Below, one piece after another: positions 1-9,561 of a stretch of DNA of 64,000 nucleotides (the first letter of the stretch is position 1; each line of letters begins with the position of its first letter). Under the pieces are notes generated by a model. It had not been told where the DNA came from. It saw only the letters and a list, made by a program, of their open reading frames with translations, and did not search any database. A program made the position numbers and the translations under genes. The stretch covers positions 463 through 64,462 of the forward strand of contig CAZIAP010000003.1 in assembly GCA_964537315.1 (NCBI GenBank), read 5' to 3'. The stretch is from an uncultured Gammaproteobacteria bacterium (GTDB lineage: Bacteria > Patescibacteriota > Microgenomatia > Levybacterales > GWA1-39-11).

Positions 1-908
<908 letters not shown>

Positions 909-1096
909 GAATTGAGAAAATCAATCCACGATCTTTTCATTTGATACATTGCTTTGTCAGAATCTATAGTGCTCAACAATGTACTTATATAGTACATTTT
1001 ATTGCGCGCTTCAATTCTTCCTTGCACTGCATTCAACTGCAAAAGCACGTGAAAGTTCAACCGAAGTTGTTGATTAGTTTGCAGATTACTAACTTT

Positions 1097-1233
1097 TACC
1101 CTTAAGCCTTTCGGTCTTCTGAGCGATATGGAACCACCTCTTCCCTTTCCGAACAGAGTAGTGAAACATGTCAGCGCTTACGATACTAGGCAGTAGCCCG
1201 GGAAAATAAGTCAAGGCCGGGGGACTTAAGGGT
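1097..1233 (+). rRNA. rrf: 5S rRNA
   Basis: It lies downstream of the 23S end. 'ccgaacagagtagtgaaacatgtcagcgcttacgatactagg' matches the 5S core 'CCGAAC.CAGAAGTGAAAC...GCGCCGATGGTAG'. The terminal helix pairs 'acccttaag' with 'cttaagggt'. Confidence 0.7.
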
Positions 1234-1369
1234 AAAAAACAGGGAATTTACTAATGTCTAATAACTAATATCTAATTAGGTCAATTAGGATTTAGAATAA
1301 TTAGAAATTTTCATCTTACTTCTCAATTGTTAGTGAACAAATAATAAAATTCTTCTCCAAAATAAAGTT

Positions 1370-1939
1370 TTATCCCTGGTGGTGTGTGCTTAGATACTTC
1401 TCTAGACCATTTTTTATAATCGATTCAACTGTCTCAACTGCGCTATCAATCATTGTACGAACCGCTTTTTCTTCACTTGCGTCAAAAGGTGCAAGAACAA
1501 AGTCTTCTGTTGGCATACTTTGTGCCTCCACACCGATTCCAAGCCTTATTCTCAGAAATTCATCAGTACCCAAAGAGTCAATAATAGACTGTATTCCTTT
1601 ATGTCCGCCAGCACTACCACCAAATCTTACGCGTAACTTTCCTAGAGGAAGATCTTTATCATCGTATATCACCGCAATGTCATTAGGAGATATTTTATAG
1701 TAATCCGTGTAAGACCTAACTGATTTTCCAGAGTTATTCATAAAAGTGTGTGGCTGCATGAAAGTGATTTGCTGACTATTTATCATTACTTCTTGGGTAA
1801 GTGCATGATGCTTCTCATCATTTTTCCACTTAGAGTCAGAATGTTTTTGAAGTAGAGCACCAGTGACAACAAAACCTAAGTTGTGTCTGGTTTGGGCATA
1901 TTTTCTACCTGGATTTCCCAGTCCGACTATTAACCTCAT
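1370..1939 (-). CDS. pth: peptidyl-tRNA hydrolase
   Basis: The N-terminus 'MRLIVGLGNPGRKYAQTRHNLGF' is the Pth signature. Length is 189 aa. Confidence 0.9.
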   Translation of the reverse strand: MRLIVGLGNPGRKYAQTRHNLGFVVTGALLQKHSDSKWKNDEKHHALTQEVMINSQQITFMQPHTFMNNSGKSVRSYTDYYKISPNDIAVIYDDKDLPLGKLRVRFGGSAGGHKGIQSIIDSLGTDEFLRIRLGIGVEAQSMPTEDFVLAPFDASEEKAVRTMIDSAVETVESIIKNGLEKYLSTHHQG

Positions 1940-1940
1940 A

Positions 1941-2576
1941 TTAGTACATATCGTGGTGATCCTCGTGTTTGCTTTTCCGAATTACTTTTCCGGTTACTTT
2001 GCCCTGAGAATCAATTTCATAAACGTAGGCTTCTCCTGTTGCTAGTTCTAAATGTGGGATGTTCTCATCTGATATGTCCTCTAAATATTTTATAAGAGCG
2101 CGTAGGCTATTACCATGAGCAGCAATTAAGACATTTTTATCTTTTATGAGAAGTGGCTCAATCTGTTCTTTAAAGTAAGGAATAACTCTTTCAAATACCT
2201 GCTTAAGCGATTCTCCTTCTGGTATAGGATAATCCCAGCTACGGCGGATTTGGGTAAATACCTCATCCCCGACTTCTTTCTGAACTTCCCATTTGTTTTT
2301 TCCGGTGTAGATACCATAACTACGTTCATTGAGCTCAATAGCCTTGGTCGTCGGAATATCCTGGCCGAGTACTTTTTTGATGACATCAAGTGTTTGTTGC
2401 GCGCGGATCAATTGCGAGGTGAATGCGTGATCGAACTGGATTTCTTTGAGGCCTTCTCCTGCATGGTATGCCTCATCTCTTCCTTTTTCGGTCAATGGCA
2501 CATCAGTCCATCCGGTCCACAAACCTTTGATGTTCCATTCTGATTCACCATGTCTGACTAATGCAAGTTTTGCCAT
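1941..2576 (-). CDS. gpmA: 2,3-bisphosphoglycerate-dependent phosphoglycerate mutase
   Basis: 'LVRHGESEWN' is the histidine phosphatase RHG motif. It also has 'LTEKGRDEA' and 'AHGNSLRAL'. Length is 211 aa. Confidence 0.85.
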   Translation of the reverse strand: MAKLALVRHGESEWNIKGLWTGWTDVPLTEKGRDEAYHAGEGLKEIQFDHAFTSQLIRAQQTLDVIKKVLGQDIPTTKAIELNERSYGIYTGKNKWEVQKEVGDEVFTQIRRSWDYPIPEGESLKQVFERVIPYFKEQIEPLLIKDKNVLIAAHGNSLRALIKYLEDISDENIPHLELATGEAYVYEIDSQGKVTGKVIRKSKHEDHHDMY

Positions 2577-2578
2577 AT

Positions 2579-3208
2579 CTAAAAAACTAAAGGAATTTTC
2601 AATAGTGACATTGAGTACTGAACGACTGAAAACAATAACCGTCCAATACTGAACCCCCCAATTGGAAAGAATAAAAGAAAGACAAGAATTAATATTCCAA
2701 CGCTACCTATAGATTGGAAGCGAGCAGCTGCTTCATCGCTTAGTAATATTGATATGACTTTTGATCCATCAAGCGGAGGAATAGGGATCAAATTTAAGAA
2801 TGCAAGGTATAAGTTCATAAAAATTACACTAATTATAATAGTGGACGGAAGAATTGTATGAAATAAAGCAGCAAAGACTACAGCGATTATGATATTTGTT
2901 AGTGGACCGGATAAAGCGACTATTGCCATGTCTTTTTTCCCATCTTTTAAGTAGAGAGGGTTTACAGGGACAGGTTTTGCCCAGGCAATAAAAAATCCAG
3001 GGGATGAGCCTGAGATAAGCGCTGGTAGAATAAAAAGAGCAGGAAGAAGAATTGTGCCAAGTGGATCAATATGAGGAATAGGGTTTAAAGTGATTCTTCC
3101 TAATAAGCGAGCTGTGGGATCACCAAGTTTTTCTGCAACCCAACCATGCGCAATTTCGTGAAGGATTACAGAGAAAATCAGGATGCCGAAAAATACAATC
3201 GTTTCCAT
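2579..3208 (-). CDS. site-2 protease family (M50) membrane metalloprotease
   Basis: It has the HExxH motif 'HEIAHG', the 'LNPIPHIDPLG' motif and multiple TM helices. It sits 2 nt upstream of gpmA (operon). Confidence 0.75.
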   Translation of the reverse strand: METIVFFGILIFSVILHEIAHGWVAEKLGDPTARLLGRITLNPIPHIDPLGTILLPALFILPALISGSSPGFFIAWAKPVPVNPLYLKDGKKDMAIVALSGPLTNIIIAVVFAALFHTILPSTIIISVIFMNLYLAFLNLIPIPPLDGSKVISILLSDEAAARFQSIGSVGILILVFLLFFPIGGFSIGRLLFSVVQYSMSLLKIPLVF

Positions 3209-3421
3209 TCACTTATGATACCAGATGGGCTTTTAATATCAAAATAGGAAAACAAATACGGTACTCGAGTTTCGTGATTCTTTAGTTAATGGGGTAGATT
3301 TTTAAACAATATAACAACTTAGTTTTAAATCAATTACGATTTGTACTCAATTCTGTTTGCGCTACATTATCTCATGTGGTACAATGAAGCGTATCTATTT
3401 AGAAGCGGAGGCAATTAATGC

Positions 3422-4534
3422 GTGTCAAATACAAAATCTAATTCACATTCACCCGCAAAGTCGGGATCAGGACAAGCCACATCAATGGCCGAGCTTATGG
3501 CTCGTGCAGACAAATTTCAAACTCTGAAAAAAGGACAAGTTGTTACTGGAAAAATAAAAAAATTAACTCCACAGGAAATTTTACTTGATATTGGTGCAAA
3601 GAGTGATGCTTTGGTTATCGAGTACGATAAACAAAATTTGGAAAATCTTCTTAATCTTCTCAAAGAAGGAGATACAGTTGATGCAACAGTTATTTCAGTG
3701 GAGTCTGAAGAAGGATTTCCTGTAGTCTCTTTGCGCAGGACTTTGGATGATAAGATTTTTTCTCAATTTGAGACAGAGTTTACTGAAAATAAAACAGTTT
3801 CAGTCCAAGTAGCTGATTCGACGCGCGGAGGATATTTTGTTGAAAGTGGACATGGTCTAAAAGGATTTTTACCAAACTCTCAGATTATGCCTGAACTACA
3901 GGAAAAAGATAACTCATTGGTAGGAAGTACCATAGATGTGAAAATTATTGAGTTTGACCGTGCTCGCAAACGTATTATATTTTCTCAAAAAGCGACTGTC
4001 TATACTACCGATAGTGCAGAGATTGCAAAGCTAGCTCCTAAAGATGCAACGGTTGAGGGTGTAATAACCTCTGTTACACCGTACGGCATTTATCTTACAA
4101 TTACCCCTAATAAAAATACAAAGATTGAAGGCTTTGTACACATCTCAGAACTTTCCCATGACAGAGTTGAGGATATAAATGCTCTTTACAAAGAAGGGGA
4201 TAAAGTAAAAGCACAGGTGAAAGATATAGACAGCGATAATAGAAGAGTTAATCTATCAGTTAAGAATCTCTCAGTAGACCAGTTTGATAGTGTCAAAGAG
4301 AAATACCCGTTGGAATCAAAAGTAAACGGAACTGTTAGTGATGTAAAATCTCGGGGAATTACGGTTACACTTGAGGATGGTGTCTCCGCTTTTATTCCTG
4401 CTAACAAAGTCCCTACAGGCACAGAGTACACACAAGGTGATGTAGTTGAAGTTGAAGTGGCAGATTATGATCTAAAACGCCGACTGATTTTGGTATCGCC
4501 GGTTCTTAAAGCTAAGTTCATTGGATACAGATAA
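3422..4534 (+). CDS. rpsA: 30S ribosomal protein S1 (short, ~4 S1 domains)
   Basis: S1-domain repeats are present ('GQVVTGKIKKLTPQEILLDIG', 'VEGVITSVTPYGIYLTI', 'VNGTVSDVKSRGITVTLEDGVSAFIP'). The track gives a GTG start at 3422. 'ggagg' at 3405-3409 precedes a 7-codon ATG ORF at 3418. An alternative ATG lies at 3485 (MAELMARADKF). Confidence 0.8.
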   Translation: MSNTKSNSHSPAKSGSGQATSMAELMARADKFQTLKKGQVVTGKIKKLTPQEILLDIGAKSDALVIEYDKQNLENLLNLLKEGDTVDATVISVESEEGFPVVSLRRTLDDKIFSQFETEFTENKTVSVQVADSTRGGYFVESGHGLKGFLPNSQIMPELQEKDNSLVGSTIDVKIIEFDRARKRIIFSQKATVYTTDSAEIAKLAPKDATVEGVITSVTPYGIYLTITPNKNTKIEGFVHISELSHDRVEDINALYKEGDKVKAQVKDIDSDNRRVNLSVKNLSVDQFDSVKEKYPLESKVNGTVSDVKSRGITVTLEDGVSAFIPANKVPTGTEYTQGDVVEVEVADYDLKRRLILVSPVLKAKFIGYR

Positions 4535-4693
4535 ACTGAATTCAAAAGTTAAAAGTCAAAAAGCAAATTTATAATGCGTAAGACGAAATTATCTAAACTT
4601 CTTTACTTTTAAACTGCACTTTTGACTTCTTCCTTTTGATTTTTGACTTTCTTACGTTTCATTTCAATTAGATATTTATAATAATCACAAGAT

Positions 4694-6031
4694 ATGGCAA
4701 AGAATTCATCTTTATACGTATGTAATAACTGCGGGTATGAATCAGGCAAGTGGTATGGGAAATGTCCTGAGTGCAGTGCATGGAACTCATTTACTCAAGT
4801 TGCAGCACCTGATAAAAAAGCTGCTCGTTCTGCTCGTGGTCCGGTAGCTGAGCCTGTAAGCATAGGAACTATTAAAAGTGTAGCAGAAAACAGGACGAGT
4901 ACGGGTTTTGGAGAGTTTGATAGAGTTTTAGGCGGGCGTGATCAAAATATGGGAATTGTACCAGGATCTGTCATGCTGCTTTCAGGTGATCCGGGTGTAG
5001 GAAAGTCAACTATAATGCTACAGTTAGGTATTAATCTGGCGAGAGCTGGTAAAAAAGTAGTGTATATCACTGGTGAGGAGTCTGAGAGTCAGGTCAAGAT
5101 GCGATCAGAACGTGTCGAGACTGAAAAAGCACTTGAAAAGCTACCTTTATATATTCTTTCATCTACAGATATTGATGCTGCTCTGGAATCAGCAGAACAG
5201 ACTGTTCCTGATCTCCTTATAATTGACTCCATACAGACTATGGTGTCTACGGAGCTTACAGGATTCGCAGGTTCGATACCACAAATTCGTTATGCAACTT
5301 CCCGTTTGGTCTCATTTGCGAAAAAAAATAATATACCAGTATTTCTAATTGGTCACGTTACAAAAGAGGGGATGGTGGCAGGTCCAATGATTTTATCTCA
5401 CATGGTAGATACAGTACTATATCTTGAAGGAGAAGCTCTTACAGGTACAAGGATTTTACGTACATTTAAAAATAGGTTTGGTGACACTAGTGAAGTGGGA
5501 ATTTTTCTGATGGAAGAAAAAGGGTTAGTTGAGTTATCTGACGCATCATCATTTTTTGTAGATAAAAAAGATGGGGGAGTTCCGGGTTCATGTGTTGCTG
5601 TCGTGATGGAGGGAAGTAGACCATTATTAGTGGAGATTCAGGCACTTGTTGTTCCAAGCACGCTTGCATATCCAAGAAGAGTTGCGAACGGAATTGCCGA
5701 AAAACGGCTTGAAATGCTACTTGCGGTTCTTCAAAAGCATGCAAGGATTCCTGTTGAGCGAATGGATGTATTTGTAAACGTGGTAGGAGGTTTAAAAGTC
5801 CAAGAACCAGCAGTTGATCTTGCGGTTTGTATGGCAATTATCTCAAGTTTTAAGAGCAAAGCACTGTCATCCACTGTGGCAATTGCAGAAGTTGGACTAC
5901 TTGGAGAGTTAAAACACGTGGTAAACTTAGACAAGAGAGTTAAAGAAGCACAGAAACTTGGGTTTAAAAAAGTGCTGTCAGCAAGGGATGCACAATTCTT
6001 GAACAATGTTATAATAAAGAATATGTCATGA
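4694..6031 (+). CDS. radA: DNA repair protein RadA/Sms
   Basis: It has an N-terminal C4 zinc finger 'CNNCGYESGKWYGKCPECSAW', the Walker A 'GDPGVGKST', and a Lon-like C-terminal domain. Length is 445 aa. Confidence 0.9.
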   Translation: MAKNSSLYVCNNCGYESGKWYGKCPECSAWNSFTQVAAPDKKAARSARGPVAEPVSIGTIKSVAENRTSTGFGEFDRVLGGRDQNMGIVPGSVMLLSGDPGVGKSTIMLQLGINLARAGKKVVYITGEESESQVKMRSERVETEKALEKLPLYILSSTDIDAALESAEQTVPDLLIIDSIQTMVSTELTGFAGSIPQIRYATSRLVSFAKKNNIPVFLIGHVTKEGMVAGPMILSHMVDTVLYLEGEALTGTRILRTFKNRFGDTSEVGIFLMEEKGLVELSDASSFFVDKKDGGVPGSCVAVVMEGSRPLLVEIQALVVPSTLAYPRRVANGIAEKRLEMLLAVLQKHARIPVERMDVFVNVVGGLKVQEPAVDLAVCMAIISSFKSKALSSTVAIAEVGLLGELKHVVNLDKRVKEAQKLGFKKVLSARDAQFLNNVIIKNMS

Positions 6032-6852
6032 GTAAAAAAAGTGAATCAAAAGTTAAAAAAACACCGGTAAAGAAGGTGAAAACAGTATCGCAGGATGCAG
6101 TGAAAGAGGCAGTGGAAAAAAACAATCCATTTATGGAAGGAATTTTGTTGCCTCCACGTGTAGTTATGCAGATTGCTGATGAAGTAGCAAAGGTGGTAAC
6201 TGCGCGAATGGGAAGTACTAAAACTACCAGGAAGAAAAAAAAGACTAGTGGCAAAACTGTCGAAAATGCGGTGTTTCTTGACACGTCAGCTATCATTGAT
6301 GGAAGAGTCTTCGATCTCATGCAAATTGGGGCATTTTACGGCAATTTTATACTAGTTGAGGGAGTAATAGATGAGTTAAAAAATATAGCTGACAGCCGGG
6401 ACGATGTGAAGAAGGAGCGCGGGCGACTGGCGATGCAGATGCTTGATAAAGCTAAAAAGAATCGTATTGCCAAGTTCACTATCGTTGAAGATGAAAAACC
6501 TCAGGCGCCGGTAGACGATCGTATTATTGCAACAGCAAAAAAATACAAAGGTCGGATTATCACCTGTGATTTTAATCTTTCTCAGAAAGCTAAAATCAGT
6601 AACGTTCCCTCGATCGATCTTTACGAGATGGCAAACATCCTCAAAACCACGGCTGTTCCAGGCGAGACGTTTAATATAAAACTGATTCAAAAAGGAAAAG
6701 GTGAAAGCCAGGGAGTGGGTTACCTTGAAGATGGGACAATGATCGTGGTTGAACAAGGTGAGACTATGATCGGAGAAACTGTAGATGTGGAAGTTGTACG
6801 GGTTATTCAGACAGATGCAGGAAAGATTTTCTTCGGTAAATTAACGGAGTAG
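6028..6852 (+). CDS. PIN/TRAM domain protein (YacL-like)
   Basis: A PIN domain ('VFLDTSAIIDGR', 'ITCDFNL') is followed by a C-terminal TRAM-like beta domain ('GETVDVEVVRV'). It overlaps radA by 4 nt (ATGA). By established knowledge, radA-yacL adjacency is known from Firmicutes. Confidence 0.7.
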   Translation: MSKKSESKVKKTPVKKVKTVSQDAVKEAVEKNNPFMEGILLPPRVVMQIADEVAKVVTARMGSTKTTRKKKKTSGKTVENAVFLDTSAIIDGRVFDLMQIGAFYGNFILVEGVIDELKNIADSRDDVKKERGRLAMQMLDKAKKNRIAKFTIVEDEKPQAPVDDRIIATAKKYKGRIITCDFNLSQKAKISNVPSIDLYEMANILKTTAVPGETFNIKLIQKGKGESQGVGYLEDGTMIVVEQGETMIGETVDVEVVRVIQTDAGKIFFGKLTE

Positions 6853-6865
6853 GGAAAAAAGTTTA

Positions 6866-6936
6866 TTGTCAACTCAAAGGGAGTAAGCTTGCCTGCCCAA
6901 CACTCTTACCCCCTTTCAATTGACAAACTGTTTTTA
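6866..6936 (+). terminator. putative intrinsic terminator after radA-PIN/TRAM operon
   Basis: An imperfect 16-bp inverted repeat 'ttgtcaactcaaaggg' ... 'ccctttcaattgacaa' flanks a GC-rich loop. It is followed by 'actgttttta'. Confidence 0.4.
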
Positions 6937-7186
6937 GCTTCAATTGTAAGAAAATATTACAATCGATAAACATTGCAAACTCAATCTAAACAAACTCGTT
7001 TAGCCTGCAATATATTTCTTGACAGGACACTCATCATAATGATATCTTATCTATCATTGCATTAGTTCGATCCTGCCTACGAACTAATTGTAAACCGAAA
7101 GAGCTTTGCTATTCGTGTCCAGACTAAGGATTTATCGTTCGAATCTGAACAGCGTAAGCGAGGCTCTTTCTTTTTTGATTAAGCCT

Positions 7187-7336
7187 TTAGACCGCTCCCA
7201 ATCTTATCGCCAAACCTTTTTTAGCAAGTTCAACTAACTGGTCACGACCGAATTTTTCGATTGAGTTTTGATAAATATCAGGTGTTAAACCTGATTTCTT
7301 CTGTTGTTTTCCGACAATTTTTTTTAATAGCTTCAT
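7187..7336 (-). CDS. small basic hypothetical protein (49 aa, MKLLKKIVGKQQKKSGLTPDIYQNSIEKFGRDQLVELAKKGLAIRLGAV)
   Basis: This ORF is not in the track because it is under 60 aa. A strong SD 'aaaggag' lies 9 nt upstream of the ATG (revcomp of 7346-7352). It ends next to a structured element followed by a T-run. Confidence 0.35.
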   Translation of the reverse strand: MKLLKKIVGKQQKKSGLTPDIYQNSIEKFGRDQLVELAKKGLAIRLGAV

Positions 7337-7581
7337 GTTTTAAATCTCCTTTATCCTTTACTTTTACATCGCAAAAGAAGTATATCACAGATTTTTATCT
7401 CTATCAACCTATAGCAAAATAAGCATCCAAAAGCCATATACCTATAGTAATTATATTTTAAAATAGATTGATTTATCAATATATTTTGAATCGATATAAA
7501 AAATGTGGATAACTGTGTGGATTTAAATTCCCTCTTGACAATACCAGAAAGTGATTTGTTTGTTGTATATAATTGATGGAT

Positions 7582-8739
7582 TTATCTTGCAAGGTACTCG
7601 ATTAACTCACTATAATTTGAGACAATTTTATTCCAGTCATATTTTTCTTTTACTTTACTTCGTAGTGCTTTACTGAGTTTAGAACGAACTTTTGGACTTT
7701 TAGTAAGCAGGGTGATCGCCTCATTTATTGACTTTTTATCTGGGTTAACTAATATTCCTGTTTTGTTGTGCTCAATAATTTCATTTGTTCCGCCTTTATC
7801 GGTTGCAATTACTGCACAGCCTGAGCTTCCAGCTTCAAGTAGTACATTCGGAAAGCCTTCATGGTGTAGTGAAGGGTGAACTAAAATATCTGTGTTAGCC
7901 ATAAGCTGTGCAACATCTTTTCTTTCCAGAGCTCCTGTAAAGTAGATATTTTCTACTGATTTTTTAGATAATTTTACGCACATCTCTCCATCTCCTGCAA
8001 AAATAACGTGAATATCAGAGTTTTTAGCCACAATATCTTTAACCGCGTCAAATAGTATTTGAGGACCTTTGGAAGGTATCATTCTTCCTACAAACGTAAC
8101 TAGTATGTCTCTGTTGTTGAGTTGTTTTTTAGCTTTTGGTAGTTTTCTAACACCTTGTCTTTTTCTTGGAGTGTAGAACTGTGTATCAACTCCTCCGTAC
8201 ATAATCTTGGCTTTAGGTATTCCTAGTGAGCTGAGGAAGGAAAATGTAGCTTGATTTGTAACAGTGACAGTATCGTAGAGTCGAGTGATAAGTGGAACCA
8301 GGTATACATCAACTGTTCTTGCAATTGCATTAACAAACCGTGAATCATGAATAGGGTGATGAGCACAGTGGTCAGTAAGCACTGACTTGCTTTTTGTGAG
8401 TTTAGCCACAATAGGAACCCACCATGAGCTTTCAAAAAAACGTGTATGGCTATTTATAATGTCGTACTTGTTTTTTTTAAATAACTTTCTTAATGTTTTA
8501 AACAATAAAAAGTAATTTGGTATGGCGAACTGACCAGTTAAAGGCTGCCAACATGGAACTCTGTGAATAGTCAATCCACGGTATTTTTCTGTTTTTTTGG
8601 CATTGTCAGTGTTATAGCACAGCACATCAACTGTAATGGATGGATCAGATTTCATTAAATGATAGTGCAGTTCTTCTGCGTACTGCTGACTTCCTCCTTT
8701 GTGAGGATAAAAATAAGGTGTAACTACGAGTATTCGCAT
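7582..8739 (-). CDS. glycosyltransferase family 4 (GT-B)
   Basis: It has the GT4 C-terminal motif 'EGFPNVLLEAGSSGCAVIATDKGGTNEII'. The N-terminus is 'MRILVVTPYFYPHKGG'. Confidence 0.8.
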   Translation of the reverse strand: MRILVVTPYFYPHKGGSQQYAEELHYHLMKSDPSITVDVLCYNTDNAKKTEKYRGLTIHRVPCWQPLTGQFAIPNYFLLFKTLRKLFKKNKYDIINSHTRFFESSWWVPIVAKLTKSKSVLTDHCAHHPIHDSRFVNAIARTVDVYLVPLITRLYDTVTVTNQATFSFLSSLGIPKAKIMYGGVDTQFYTPRKRQGVRKLPKAKKQLNNRDILVTFVGRMIPSKGPQILFDAVKDIVAKNSDIHVIFAGDGEMCVKLSKKSVENIYFTGALERKDVAQLMANTDILVHPSLHHEGFPNVLLEAGSSGCAVIATDKGGTNEIIEHNKTGILVNPDKKSINEAITLLTKSPKVRSKLSKALRSKVKEKYDWNKIVSNYSELIEYLAR

Positions 8740-8746
8740 AGCAGTA

Positions 8747-9556
8747 TTAGAAAAAATAGGTTGTAAAACTTTGAGCGAGGGATGAAATTCTGTCAGCAGC
8801 GTATTTTACTTGCTGCTTGCGGTCAACTTTATCGACTGTAAACCGTCTTTTAATAATGTAAAGCAGATGTTCTGTGCCTGTTTTCCATATATTTTGTTTG
8901 CTCATCCCAAACTGCCTGATAGTGTGTGGGATATGATACTCGGAAAAGTGTATATTGGGATGACATAGAGCGGCAAGTTTTATCTCCGGAGAAAAATTCC
9001 ATTCACCTCTGTGTACAGCTAACTTACCAATACATGATTTTTTCATTACCCACATACCGCTTAAAATGTCTTGAATTTGAATTCCATATAGTAGAGATAC
9101 TTGTAAGTTAAGTACTTTCACACCTAGTTGGCGTGTTCTTGAGATCGCGCGAGGATTATCTAACGGGAAACGTGAGCAGGATACAAAGTCCGCGTTACTT
9201 TTCTCCATATATGTAACTATATCTTTAATTGCTTCAAGAGGGTATGTATCATCACCGTCTAGCGCAACGATGATATCACCAGTTGCGTTCTTCATTCCTG
9301 TCTGGTGTGCGTAGCCGTAACCAACGCCATCAACATTACGTTTTTCGATAAAGACTTTTGCACCAAATGCTTTTGCAACTGCTGCTGTATTATCGCTAGA
9401 GTCATTATCTACCACTATAACTTCATCAATATAGGCTGGAAGTTTTTGCAACATAGAGTAGAGAGCAGTCTCTTCATTTCTGCATGGTATGATGAGTGAT
9501 AGCTTTTTTTTGTTTAACATAGGCGTAATTATAGCAAAACTATAGGTTAAAGTCAA
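8747..9556 (-). CDS. glycosyltransferase family 2 (dolichol-P-sugar/polyprenol-P-sugar transferase-like)
   Basis: 'LSLIIPCRNEE', 'VVDNDSSDNT' and the 'DGDD' (DxD) motif are present. An alternative start lies at 9520 (MLNKKK). Confidence 0.75.
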   Translation of the reverse strand: MTLTYSFAIITPMLNKKKLSLIIPCRNEETALYSMLQKLPAYIDEVIVVDNDSSDNTAAVAKAFGAKVFIEKRNVDGVGYGYAHQTGMKNATGDIIVALDGDDTYPLEAIKDIVTYMEKSNADFVSCSRFPLDNPRAISRTRQLGVKVLNLQVSLLYGIQIQDILSGMWVMKKSCIGKLAVHRGEWNFSPEIKLAALCHPNIHFSEYHIPHTIRQFGMSKQNIWKTGTEHLLYIIKRRFTVDKVDRKQQVKYAADRISSLAQSFTTYFF

Positions 9557-9561
9557 ACCAA

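Noticed and set aside
7530-7581. Plus-strand promoter-like 'TTGACA ... TATATAAT'
   Set aside because: The spacer is ~25 bp, which is the wrong geometry, and no plus-strand gene follows because the next gene is on the minus strand. It is likely AT-rich coincidence within a terminator region.
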